DNA of 60,490 nucleotides from an uncultured bacterium (GTDB lineage Bacteria; Joyebacterota; Joyebacteria; Joyebacterales; Joyebacteraceae), in assembly GCA_964562405.1 (NCBI GenBank), contig CAZLTC010000009.1, positions 1 through 60,490 on the forward strand, written 5' to 3'. Made by a program: the position numbers and the translations under genes. Shown piece after piece: positions 50,507 to 59,422 of the stretch (positions are counted from its first letter, which is position 1; each line of letters opens with the position of its first letter). The notes under the pieces are model-generated. The model did no database searches. It was given only the letters and a program-made list of their open reading frames with translations, and had not been told where the DNA came from.

Positions 50507-53500
50507 TCAGAACCTGAAGCGGTTCTCAATTGAGATCCGCCGGTCCCATCCCGCCAGGGCTGGGTCATAGACCACGCGCATGGATAGAGACGTATTGCGG
50601 GACACCTCGTATTCAATCCCGAGTTCCTGGCGGAGCCCGAGCCTGCTGTAGCCGATGTCCTCCTCGTAGGACTCGGCCCGCCCCACATAGGAGAGCAGCC
50701 AGTTCCTCGAGATGTACTTGCCGAGCGTTATGCGTGTGTCGGTGAGGAACGGCTGGTACCCGGAACTCGCCTCCTGCGCTTGCCAAAGGTCGAGTTGTGC
50801 GATGAAATGCTGCACGAAATCGATGTCAAAGCGCACCAGGTCAAGGTGGAGCGTCCTCTTGATCCTACCCTCAACCGGCGAGAGGAGCGGCCTGAACAGC
50901 TTCCCGGAAAGCTGCGAGCCCACCACCTCGAGGGCCCGCCTGCGTTCGAGCGACGCCTGTTCGCCCGTCTCCAGGAGTTCGTAGCTCACTCCGTACTGCA
51001 GCTTGGAGAGGATCTCCTCCCTGCTGTCGTCGTCCGGGGAGTCGGACGACAGGCGAAGCTCGCTTTCGTCGAACGTCGCGCCGGGGGTGGCCGATGCGAA
51101 GGCGCCCTCGTACGAATCCACGGTGAGCGTGATCGTCGTCCCGTCTTCGACCCTGGTCTCGGCCAGCACGTAGAACCTCGGCGGCTCGCAGAAGAGAGGG
51201 AAGTCGACGGATGCCTCACGCACGTCGAACTCGGTGTTGGCGTAGGTGACCGTGCCGCGCTTGGACTCCACGCGGCCGGAGACGCAGAGCGTCCCGTCGT
51301 CGGGGACGCCCCGGAAGTCCAGCGCCCCTCCCCTCACGATCTGCAGGTTCGCGTCGGGGCGCCAGTACCAGAGGTTGCGGCCCGCCACCATCCTGAGAGA
51401 CCAGTCGGCCCCAGAGAGAAAACCGCCATCGCCGCCGGAGTCGAGAAGCGGGTACGTGAACGACACGTCCGAGAACGTGATCTCGCCCCACAGACGAGGC
51501 CTGTCGGGTGGCCCCGCCACGAGCAGGTCGGGCGCCCCTTCCTTACCCCTGACCGTGACGCGGCCCCAGTCCTCCGGCAGCATCAGGCTGGGCACGTAGG
51601 TCCTGACGCCGTCATCATCCGTGGAGAGCGTGAGGACGCCCACGTCGACCCCGGCCACGGTCAGGGCCGGCAGTCCCTCGACCCCGACATCCTCCGGGCG
51701 CGCGCTCGCGAGCCGAATGCGCGCGCCGTCCACGGAGCCCTCGACAAAACCCTCGGTCACCAGTCCGTCCGCGATGGAGACGTTGACGCTCACGTTCTCG
51801 ATCTTATCGAAGAGACCGGTGGGCCGGATCGTGCCGTTCGAGGCGGTGAGTCGGGCGGACGCGATCGTGAGATCTCTCCTGCTCCCGGCGAGAAAAGCGT
51901 ACATGCTGCCCTCGCTGCTTGCCTCGCTGGCGAAGGGCACCAGGTCGGCGAGGAACGCGAGCGGGTCTCCGTCGACCTCCACCGTCATGTCTATCTCCTC
52001 GGAGCCCGGATCGTCGGAGAGCGCCTTCAGCGGCACCGAGCCCGAGGCCGTGGCTCTGTAAGCGCCGCGCTGCTCGAGCGAGAGCGGGTCCACGCGGACC
52101 ACGCCTTCGGCTCCGGTGATCCTGGCCAGGAACTCGTCGAAGGACACGCCCAGGAAGCTCCCGGACGATGCCTCCACCAGCCCGTCGAAGGTCGGTCTCG
52201 AGCGCGTGCCGCCGACACCGAGCCTCACGTCGAACCGAGTGTCGACCCCTCCTCCGAGAAGCGGGCCGGGCACACCGTCGCCCGTAATGGTCAGAGCGAG
52301 GTCACCGGTCAGGTCGACGTCGCCGTCCACCCGAACGACTTGCCGTCCCATCTCGCCGAGCGACATCTCGCCGATGTGGAGGACGTCGTCCTCCAGACGA
52401 GCGGCGAGGACCGCCGAGAGACCCTCCACTCCCAGGGCTCTACCGTTACCGACCTGTACCTGGCCGTCCAGAACCGGGGACGCGGCGCTGCCGCTGAGCG
52501 ACACGGAGGCGAACACGAGTCCCCCGACCGACTCGGGAAGATGACTGCCCAAGAGAACTGAGACGACGTCCCTGAGCTTCGCGCTCGAGACGACGACGCT
52601 GCCGGACAACGCTCCCGGATCGCCGGCCAGGATCTCCACCCTTCCCTCTCCGAGGCCCGCCACCTCGATCGGATCGAGCGAGACGCGCCGATCGTCCGCG
52701 CTGAGCCTCGCCGAGAATGGTACCTCGACGCCGCGCACGACGGCGTCGTGGGACCTGAGGTCGAGCGAGGCCGATGCACCTCCCTCGCCCAGTCCCACGA
52801 TGCCGTCCACGGAGAGTCCGGCTCTGCAGAAGTCGCACGACGCGATCATGGATCCGCCGACCGAGAAGCCTTCCAAAGGCCCGGTCGCTGAAAGCGTCCC
52901 GGACAACTTCAGATCGGGCAGCGGGGAGTCCCCCGACGCGCTGAGCGAATCAAGCCTGACGTCTCTGAGGGCGAGGCTGGCATCGACCGAAGGCTCTCCC
53001 GAAACGGACGACACCTGGCCGGACAGCGTCGCGCGCCCGCGCAAGTCGGAGAGCGTTCCCGTGAGCACATCGTCCTTCAGCATGAAGCCGCCGGCCCCGG
53101 ACCCGACCAACACGGGTCCGGCGGTGGCGTCGGACCACGAGAGGAGCGACTCGACCTCGAGGAGGCCCGGCCCCACCCTGGCCTCGAGCCCCGTCATGCT
53201 GAGGCCTCCGGCCCAGCCGGTGAGCCCGACCGCGTCCGCCGCGAGCGAGGCGTCGAGCCCTGTCGCATCCCCACTCCCGGCCAAGGTCCACTCGCCCGAG
53301 GCCTCGCCGCGCGACGCGTTCCCGGAGAATCGCGCGTTCCCACCGAAGACGCCAAAGGTCAGTGAGGCCACCTCCAGCCTCTCCTCCGAGTACGACGCTT
53401 CGACCGCGACGTCCTCGACAGCGACGTCTCCGAGCAAGGCGCTCCGCGCTGACACCGAGGCGTCCACTGCCGGAGAAGCCCACGGCCCGTGCAGGCTGCC

Positions 53501-54529
53501 CTCCACGGCGACAACCGCCGACACGGGCGACGAGATGCCTGCCAGCTCGACCGCCCGCACCGCCTCCAGGTCCCGGACGCTGAACGACACCGCGTCGAAC
53601 GACCGTCGCTCGAGGTCGATGTCCGCGCGCCCCGTCAGCGTGGCGCCGTCCCAGACGGCCCGCGCCAGCGTGAAGGAGAGCCCGGCCACGTCGTAGACGC
53701 CGCTCGCCGCGACGTCGACCGCGCTCCCCAGCTCGCCCGGCAGCACGATCTTGCCGTCGTCGAGCGCGAAGGTCACGCTCAGGGCCAGCGGCGCATCGGA
53801 TCTGAGAGTTGCCGCGAGCGTCGCGTCGACGACGCCCGCCGCCGGGGTCAACGGGATATCCTGCGGGAAGGGCACGTCTCCGGTGAGCCGCGCCCCGTGA
53901 AGCTCCGCGTCCACGGTCAGGACCTCGCCGGGTGTGTCCCAGTCCGTCTCCACGGAGAGGTTCGATCCGTCTCCCAGCAGCGTAGCGGTCGCGCTGCCTC
54001 GAACGTGCCTGCCCTCCGCCTCCCTCTCCATCAGGAGGTCGATCGACCCGACCGTGACGGCGCGTCCGGTTCGCTCGTCCTCGAGGACGAGCGTGGCGTC
54101 TGACACGCCGAGATAATCGGGAAGATACTGGCCCAGATCGAGGAGACTCGGCGCCGGTCTCTTCTCGCTCTCCTCGAGTCCGTAGCGCAACGTGACGACA
54201 GGCCCGCTCACGATCACAGTCGAGAGAGCGTGCCTTGCATCGAGTCCGTTCAAGAGGAGCTTGCGGTAGCTGAGTGCGATGGTGGCGGAGGGTATGCGGA
54301 CGGAGCCCCGGGATCCGAGATCGAGGTCGATGTCGCGCACGGCGATGGACGCCAGCCCGATCTCCAGCTCACCTATGGTGAGCTCAGCGTCGAGCTTCGG
54401 CAGGATCCTCGAGAGCACCGCTCGCCTGACGGCGGGTTGTCGCGAGCCAACCTTGAGCGCGACGAAGCTCGAGGATGTCACGACGATGATGAGGATGGCT
54501 ACGACGGCCACCCACCTTCGGCGTCGCAT
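50507..54529 (-). CDS. tamB: TamB-like translocation and assembly module protein (DUF490 family)
   Basis: 1340 aa. N-terminal signal anchor MRRRRWVAVVAILIIVVTSSSF. A long repetitive beta-rich body follows. The C-terminal DUF490-like region is ..ITLGKYISRNWLLSYVG...LGIEYEVSRNTSLSMRV. Confidence 0.8.
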   Translation of the reverse strand: MRRRRWVAVVAILIIVVTSSSFVALKVGSRQPAVRRAVLSRILPKLDAELTIGELEIGLASIAVRDIDLDLGSRGSVRIPSATIALSYRKLLLNGLDARHALSTVIVSGPVVTLRYGLEESEKRPAPSLLDLGQYLPDYLGVSDATLVLEDERTGRAVTVGSIDLLMEREAEGRHVRGSATATLLGDGSNLSVETDWDTPGEVLTVDAELHGARLTGDVPFPQDIPLTPAAGVVDATLAATLRSDAPLALSVTFALDDGKIVLPGELGSAVDVAASGVYDVAGLSFTLARAVWDGATLTGRADIDLERRSFDAVSFSVRDLEAVRAVELAGISSPVSAVVAVEGSLHGPWASPAVDASVSARSALLGDVAVEDVAVEASYSEERLEVASLTFGVFGGNARFSGNASRGEASGEWTLAGSGDATGLDASLAADAVGLTGWAGGLSMTGLEARVGPGLLEVESLLSWSDATAGPVLVGSGAGGFMLKDDVLTGTLSDLRGRATLSGQVSSVSGEPSVDASLALRDVRLDSLSASGDSPLPDLKLSGTLSATGPLEGFSVGGSMIASCDFCRAGLSVDGIVGLGEGGASASLDLRSHDAVVRGVEVPFSARLSADDRRVSLDPIEVAGLGEGRVEILAGDPGALSGSVVVSSAKLRDVVSVLLGSHLPESVGGLVFASVSLSGSAASPVLDGQVQVGNGRALGVEGLSAVLAARLEDDVLHIGEMSLGEMGRQVVRVDGDVDLTGDLALTITGDGVPGPLLGGGVDTRFDVRLGVGGTRSRPTFDGLVEASSGSFLGVSFDEFLARITGAEGVVRVDPLSLEQRGAYRATASGSVPLKALSDDPGSEEIDMTVEVDGDPLAFLADLVPFASEASSEGSMYAFLAGSRRDLTIASARLTASNGTIRPTGLFDKIENVSVNVSIADGLVTEGFVEGSVDGARIRLASARPEDVGVEGLPALTVAGVDVGVLTLSTDDDGVRTYVPSLMLPEDWGRVTVRGKEGAPDLLVAGPPDRPRLWGEITFSDVSFTYPLLDSGGDGGFLSGADWSLRMVAGRNLWYWRPDANLQIVRGGALDFRGVPDDGTLCVSGRVESKRGTVTYANTEFDVREASVDFPLFCEPPRFYVLAETRVEDGTTITLTVDSYEGAFASATPGATFDESELRLSSDSPDDDSREEILSKLQYGVSYELLETGEQASLERRRALEVVGSQLSGKLFRPLLSPVEGRIKRTLHLDLVRFDIDFVQHFIAQLDLWQAQEASSGYQPFLTDTRITLGKYISRNWLLSYVGRAESYEEDIGYSRLGLRQELGIEYEVSRNTSLSMRVVYDPALAGWDRRISIENRFRF

Positions 54530-54652
54530 TCGCTTGCGTCTTCCCGCTCGGAGCCGCCGCGCCCCCGCTGGACACCGCCTGCCGGCGGGCCGCCACGGGC
54601 GCCGCGCGGGCTGAAGGTCCGCCGCGCGTCGACGCGCTCTGCCGCCCTCGAG

Positions 54653-57112
54653 CTATCCGGCGGCCTCGACCTTCGCGCGAGAGGAGCGGAACGCGAGCTC
54701 ATCACCGTTCCGCTCGGCGATGATCTGGCCGCCGTCGCTGTAGTTGCCCTTGAGGATCTCCTCGGACAACGGGTCCTCGAGATACCTCTGAATGGCGCGC
54801 CGCAACGGACGCGCCCCGAAGGCCGGGTCGAACCCCTTCTCGATCAGCAGGTCCTTGGCCTCGTCGCTGACGCTGAGTGTGACTCCGGTGTCCTTGAGCC
54901 TGCCCTCGACCTCGCGCAGGAGTATGTCGATGATCTGACGCATCTCCTCCACACCGAGCGCGTGGAATACCACGGTCCCGTCCACTCTGTTCAGGAACTC
55001 GGGGTTGAAGGCGTGCTTCAGTTCCTCGGTCACTTTGCCCTTCATCTGCGAGTAGACGTCCTCGGTGGAGTCCTCGGACTGGAAGCCGATCCCCTGTCCC
55101 TTCGCGATGTCGCGGCCGCCGACGTTGGACGTCATGATGATGACTGTGTTCTTGAAGTTGACGATGCGGCCGAAGCTGTCGGTGAGCTGTCCGTCCTCCA
55201 GTACCTGGAGCAGGATGTTGAACACGTCGGGGTGCGCCTTCTCGATCTCATCGAACAGGACGACGCAGTACGGCCTCCTGCGTACCTTCTCGGTCAGCTG
55301 GCCGCCCTCCTCGTAGCCCACGTAGCCCGGAGGAGCCCCCACGAGCCTGGAGACGGCGAACCTCTCCATGTACTCGGACATGTCAAGACGCACGAGCGCG
55401 TTGTCGTCCTCGAAGAGGAAGGCCGCCAGGGCTCGTGCCAGCTCCGTCTTGCCGACGCCCGTCGGACCGAGGAATATGAACGAGCCTATTGGACGGCGCG
55501 GATCGCGCAGGCCTGCCCTGTTCCGGCGGACCGCCTTGGAAACCGTGATGAGGGCCTCCTCCTGGCCCACCACGCGCCTGCGCAGGCCGTCCTCCATGTG
55601 CAGGAGTTTCTCGGTCTCCTCCTGAGCGAGTTTCTTGACGGGGATGCCCGTCATGCTCGCAACGACCGCGGCCACGTCCTCTGGCCCAACGGTCGCCTTG
55701 CGCTCGTGCTTCGACTGCACGAGTTCCTTGCGGGCCGCCTCTAGCTTCGACCTGTACTCCCGTTCCTTGTCACGAAGCTCTGCGGCCTTCTCGAACTCCT
55801 GGTTCTCGCTCGCGGCGCGCTTCTCGCAGGAGACCTGCTCCAACTCCTTTTCGAGGTCCTTTACCTCCATCGGGATGGCGCTGATCTCGAGCCTCGCGCG
55901 GGCCCCCGCCTCGTCGATCACATCGATCGCCTTGTCGGGAAGGAACCTGTCCGAGATGTACCTGTCGGCCAGCTTCGCCGCCGCTACCAGCGCCTCGTCG
56001 GAGATCTCAGCCGAATGGTGTTCTTCGTACTTACACCTGAGTCCCTTGAGGATGCTGATCGTCTCCTCAACCGACGGGGGATCGACGATGATGGGCTGGA
56101 ACCTGCGCTCGAGGGCACCGTCCTTCTCTATGTGCTTGCGGTACTCGTCAAGCGTGGTCGCGCCTATGGCCTGAAGCTCCCCTCTTGCCAGCGCGGGCTT
56201 GAGCATGTTGGCGGCGTCGATCGCGCCCTCGGCTCCTCCCGCTCCGACGATAGTATGAAGCTCATCGATGAAGATGATCACGTTCTCGCTCTCACGAATC
56301 TCGGTCATGAGAGTCTTGAGACGCTCCTCGAACTGCCCGCGGTACTTCGTTCCCGCCACTGTGGATGACAGGTCCAGCATCACCAGACGCCGGTCCTTGA
56401 GCGTCACCGGAATCTCATTGGCGACGATCTTCTGAGCCAACCCCTCCACGATCGCGGTCTTGCCCACGCCGGGCTCGCCTATGAGCACCGGGTTGTTCTT
56501 CTTCCTTCTCGATAGGACCTGCAGCACGCGCTCGATCTCGCGCTGGCGTCCTATGACGGGGTCGAGCAATCCCTTGCGGGCCATCTCGGTCAGGTCGCGG
56601 CCGAACTGGTCGAGCGTGGGAGTTTCCGCGCCTCGCGCCGAGGGCTCGTCAGGAGTCTCCGCTCCCGGGCTTCCGCCAAGGACCTTCATCACCTGCTCGC
56701 GCGCCGAGCGGAGGTCCACGTCGAGGTCGCGCAGCACCTTCGCCGCCACTCCCTCCCCCTCCCGAATGAGCGCCAGAAGCAGGTGCTCCGTACCGATGTA
56801 CTGGTGGTGCAGGATCCGGGCTTCCTCTCTGGCGAGTTCCAGGACGGTCTTCGCCCGCGGAGTCCACTGCGTCTCTTTCATGGATGCGCCGTAGGTACCT
56901 CGCGCGACGTACGACTCGACCATCTCACGGACCGTGTCGAGGTCGACGGCAAGCTCGCGCAGGACCGTGGCCGCCACACCCTCTCCCTCTCTGACCACGC
57001 CGAGAAGCAGGTGCTCCGTGCCCAGGTAGTCGTGGTGGAGTCTCGCCGCCTCCTCCCGGGCGAAGTAGAGGACGCGCCTGACTCTCGGAGTGAAGTCCCT
57101 CTGTCTCTGCAT
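54653..57112 (-). CDS. clpC: ATP-dependent Clp protease ATP-binding subunit ClpC
   Basis: Trimmed to ATG 57112. Duplicated Clp_N repeats (..[20 protein letters not shown].. and ..[20 protein letters not shown]..). D1 Walker [13 protein letters not shown]-like insert [13 protein letters not shown]2 Walker [10 protein letters not shown]. Confidence 0.9.
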   Translation of the reverse strand: MQRQRDFTPRVRRVLYFAREEAARLHHDYLGTEHLLLGVVREGEGVAATVLRELAVDLDTVREMVESYVARGTYGASMKETQWTPRAKTVLELAREEARILHHQYIGTEHLLLALIREGEGVAAKVLRDLDVDLRSAREQVMKVLGGSPGAETPDEPSARGAETPTLDQFGRDLTEMARKGLLDPVIGRQREIERVLQVLSRRKKNNPVLIGEPGVGKTAIVEGLAQKIVANEIPVTLKDRRLVMLDLSSTVAGTKYRGQFEERLKTLMTEIRESENVIIFIDELHTIVGAGGAEGAIDAANMLKPALARGELQAIGATTLDEYRKHIEKDGALERRFQPIIVDPPSVEETISILKGLRCKYEEHHSAEISDEALVAAAKLADRYISDRFLPDKAIDVIDEAGARARLEISAIPMEVKDLEKELEQVSCEKRAASENQEFEKAAELRDKEREYRSKLEAARKELVQSKHERKATVGPEDVAAVVASMTGIPVKKLAQEETEKLLHMEDGLRRRVVGQEEALITVSKAVRRNRAGLRDPRRPIGSFIFLGPTGVGKTELARALAAFLFEDDNALVRLDMSEYMERFAVSRLVGAPPGYVGYEEGGQLTEKVRRRPYCVVLFDEIEKAHPDVFNILLQVLEDGQLTDSFGRIVNFKNTVIIMTSNVGGRDIAKGQGIGFQSEDSTEDVYSQMKGKVTEELKHAFNPEFLNRVDGTVVFHALGVEEMRQIIDILLREVEGRLKDTGVTLSVSDEAKDLLIEKGFDPAFGARPLRRAIQRYLEDPLSEEILKGNYSDGGQIIAERNGDELAFRSSRAKVEAAG

Positions 57113-57143
57113 GCTGGTCCCCCCGTGCTTCACGGCTGGAACG

Positions 57144-58202
57144 TCATTGACAGCTCGCGAGCTCTCTTCTGACCAGATCCGCCCGAGCGCCGTCGAGTTC
57201 ACGAGAGGCCGCGTCGGCTCCGGCCGCGTACGCCAGATGACCTGGCTGCGCCACCACGAGAAGCCGGTTGACGGCCGCCATGCTCAAGCCCTCGAGCAAA
57301 CCGAGGGCGACCCCGAGTCGAAGCGACGAGCCGCGCTCCATTACCTCGTCGGCCGTGAGGAGCCGCGCGCTGCGGAGGACTCCGTGTGCGCGGTGAACCT
57401 CGTCCGCCAGCTCCAGTCGTCGCTCAGCCAGAAGCCGCTTCCTGGATGCGAGTTCGAGCTCGGCTATCTGCGCCCCGACACGTTCGACGGTGTAGGCGAT
57501 GTCGTCTTCTGACTGACCAAGCGTGGTCTGGTTCGAGATCTGGAAGAAGCCTCCGAAGGCCTCGCTGCCCTCGCCGTAGTAACCGCGAACCGACAGACCC
57601 AGCCTCGACACGCTTCCAAGGACCGACGCGATCTTCCCGTCACGAACCAGTCCGACCAGATGAGCCAGCACCGAAACACGCAGACCCGTCCCGACGTTCG
57701 TCGGGCACGCGGTCAGATACCCCCGGTCACCCGAGAATGCATAATGCAAATCCTGGGCCATTTCAGAATCGACCCTGTCTACGAGCATCCAGGCATCCAG
57801 CGGGGCCAGACCGGAGCGTATGCACGAGAGCCTGAGGTGGTCCTCCTCGTTGACCATCGCGCTCGCGACCTCGCGCTCTCCGACGATGGCGGCGCGACCG
57901 TCTGGTCTGCGTGCGAAGTCAGAGCTCACGATGTGGCGCTCCACGAGCACGTCGCGAACGACCGGAGGGGAATCCTCCATCCTGAACACCACGGCGTTCG
58001 TCAGGTAGTTGTTGCCGGACGCGGCCGACAGCAGCTCGTCGCGCACCTCGCGCAACTCGGCGTCCGCGGCGCGACCCGGGAACGCGCGCCCAAAGAGGTT
58101 GCGGGCAACTCGAACGCGAGTCGACAGGATGACGTCGGACCTCGGACCGGACACATCGAGCCATCCGGCGGGCGCGCTCATCATGGTCTCAAGCGTCCAC
58201 AT
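57144..58202 (-). CDS. mcsB: Protein arginine kinase McsB (ATP:guanido phosphotransferase)
   Basis: Trimmed to ATG 58202 (GGAGAAG SD; alternative ATG 58184). Motifs: ILSTRVRVARNL, NEEDHLRL, LTACPTNVGTGLRVSVLAHL (phosphagen-kinase signature). Confidence 0.85.
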   Translation of the reverse strand: MWTLETMMSAPAGWLDVSGPRSDVILSTRVRVARNLFGRAFPGRAADAELREVRDELLSAASGNNYLTNAVVFRMEDSPPVVRDVLVERHIVSSDFARRPDGRAAIVGEREVASAMVNEEDHLRLSCIRSGLAPLDAWMLVDRVDSEMAQDLHYAFSGDRGYLTACPTNVGTGLRVSVLAHLVGLVRDGKIASVLGSVSRLGLSVRGYYGEGSEAFGGFFQISNQTTLGQSEDDIAYTVERVGAQIAELELASRKRLLAERRLELADEVHRAHGVLRSARLLTADEVMERGSSLRLGVALGLLEGLSMAAVNRLLVVAQPGHLAYAAGADAASRELDGARADLVRRELASCQ

Positions 58203-58716
58203 CGCTCTTCTCCAGACGACAGTCCTCGAGCCCTCGTATCGCGTCCCGAAGTTCCGCCGCTCTCTCGTAGTCCTCGCGACGGACCGCCTGCGCGAGTTCC
58301 GTCCGTAGGCGTCTGAGCTCACGCCGCGACTCGATACGTTCTTCCTGCCCGGGCGGGAATCCACCCACGTGCTCCGTTCCACCGTGTATGCGACGCAGCA
58401 GCGGAAGGAGTTCCTCCTCGAATGCCCCGTAGCACTCCCCGCATCCCAGACGACCCGTTCGCCTGAACTCCGCGTATGAGAGGCCGCACTGCGGACAGAC
58501 GTCGGCGTCGTCACCGGGTCCGCCTCCGGCCGCCGCGGCGTCCTCGAGAAGCCCCATGAGTATGTTGACCAGCGGCCCCGCCAGCGACGAGAGCCCGGGG
58601 CCGACCCCCCTGGTCCGCGAGCACTCCTCGCAGAGGCCCCACGTCCGGAGCTGCCCGTCGACCATCTCGGTGTACCTTATCGAAGCGGGCCTACGCCCAC
58701 ACTCTTCGCATCTCAT
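58189..58716 (-). CDS. mcsA: McsA (UvrB/UvrC-motif, zinc-ribbon activator of McsB)
   Basis: Motifs: MRCEECGRRPASIRYTEMVDGQLRTWGLCEEC and CPQCGLSYAEFRRTGRLGCGECY (two Cys4 pairs); UVR-like EDYERAAELRDAIRGLE. ATGA overlap with the lolD stop. Confidence 0.8.
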   Translation of the reverse strand: MRCEECGRRPASIRYTEMVDGQLRTWGLCEECSRTRGVGPGLSSLAGPLVNILMGLLEDAAAAGGGPGDDADVCPQCGLSYAEFRRTGRLGCGECYGAFEEELLPLLRRIHGGTEHVGGFPPGQEERIESRRELRRLRTELAQAVRREDYERAAELRDAIRGLEDCRLEKSDVDA

Positions 58717-59399
58717 GCGGCCGCTCCGTCGCCATGCGTTGCCACTCGCCCGTCACTGAGTTCGATGACCCGGTCGGCTCTCTCCCACAGACCCTGGTTG
58801 TGGGTGACGATCACGAACGTCTGCCCCATGGAGTCTCGCAGTCCCCAGATGAGGTCGTGCAGCTCTTCGCTCGACGTCTGGTCGAGGTTCCCCGACGGCT
58901 CGTCCGCCAGGACGAGCAGTGGACCGGTCGCCAGGGCCCTCGCGACGGCACAACGCTGCTCCTCGCCACCCGACAGCTCGCCGGGCCTGTGATCGAGCCT
59001 GCCGTCGAGCCTGACGGCTGACAGGAGCGAAGAAGCTCTGGCGACCGCCTCGTCGCGCTGCGCGCCGGCTATGAGGAGCGGCATCATCACGTTCTCGAGA
59101 GCGGTCAGCTCGCGCATGAGGTGGTGGAACTGGAACACGAACCCGACCGTCCTGTTCCGGAACGAAGCCCGCTCGCGGTCGTTCAGGGCGAAGACGTCGG
59201 TCCCGTCGAGCCTCACGGTTCCCGATGTCGGCCTGTCGAGCGCGCCCATGATGTGGAGAAGCGTGCTCTTGCCGACGCCTGAGGGGCCGATGATCGCGAC
59301 GACCTCGCCCTTGCTGACAGTGAGGTCGACGCCCCGAAGGACGTCGAGCCGCTCCGGACCCGTCTGGAAGCTCTTGGTGACTCCGTCGAGCAGCAGCAT
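58713..59399 (-). CDS. lolD: Lipoprotein-releasing ABC transporter ATP-binding protein LolD
   Basis: Trimmed to ATG 59399; alternative TTG 59417 with a GGGAG SD. Motifs: Walker A GPSGVGKST, FVFQFHHLMRELTALENV, LSGGEEQR, Walker B LVLADEPSGNLD. Confidence 0.85.
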   Translation of the reverse strand: MLLLDGVTKSFQTGPERLDVLRGVDLTVSKGEVVAIIGPSGVGKSTLLHIMGALDRPTSGTVRLDGTDVFALNDRERASFRNRTVGFVFQFHHLMRELTALENVMMPLLIAGAQRDEAVARASSLLSAVRLDGRLDHRPGELSGGEEQRCAVARALATGPLLVLADEPSGNLDQTSSEELHDLIWGLRDSMGQTFVIVTHNQGLWERADRVIELSDGRVATHGDGAAA

Positions 59400-59422
59400 G
59401 GCAGCGTCTGGACTCAATCCGT

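Noticed and set aside
54624-54637. Perfect 14-nt palindrome GCGCGTCGACGCGC just downstream of the clpC stop, considered as a terminator
   Set aside because: The stem is only 5 bp around a 4-nt loop and has no U tract. tamB follows 95 nt further on the same strand, so read-through is as likely as termination.
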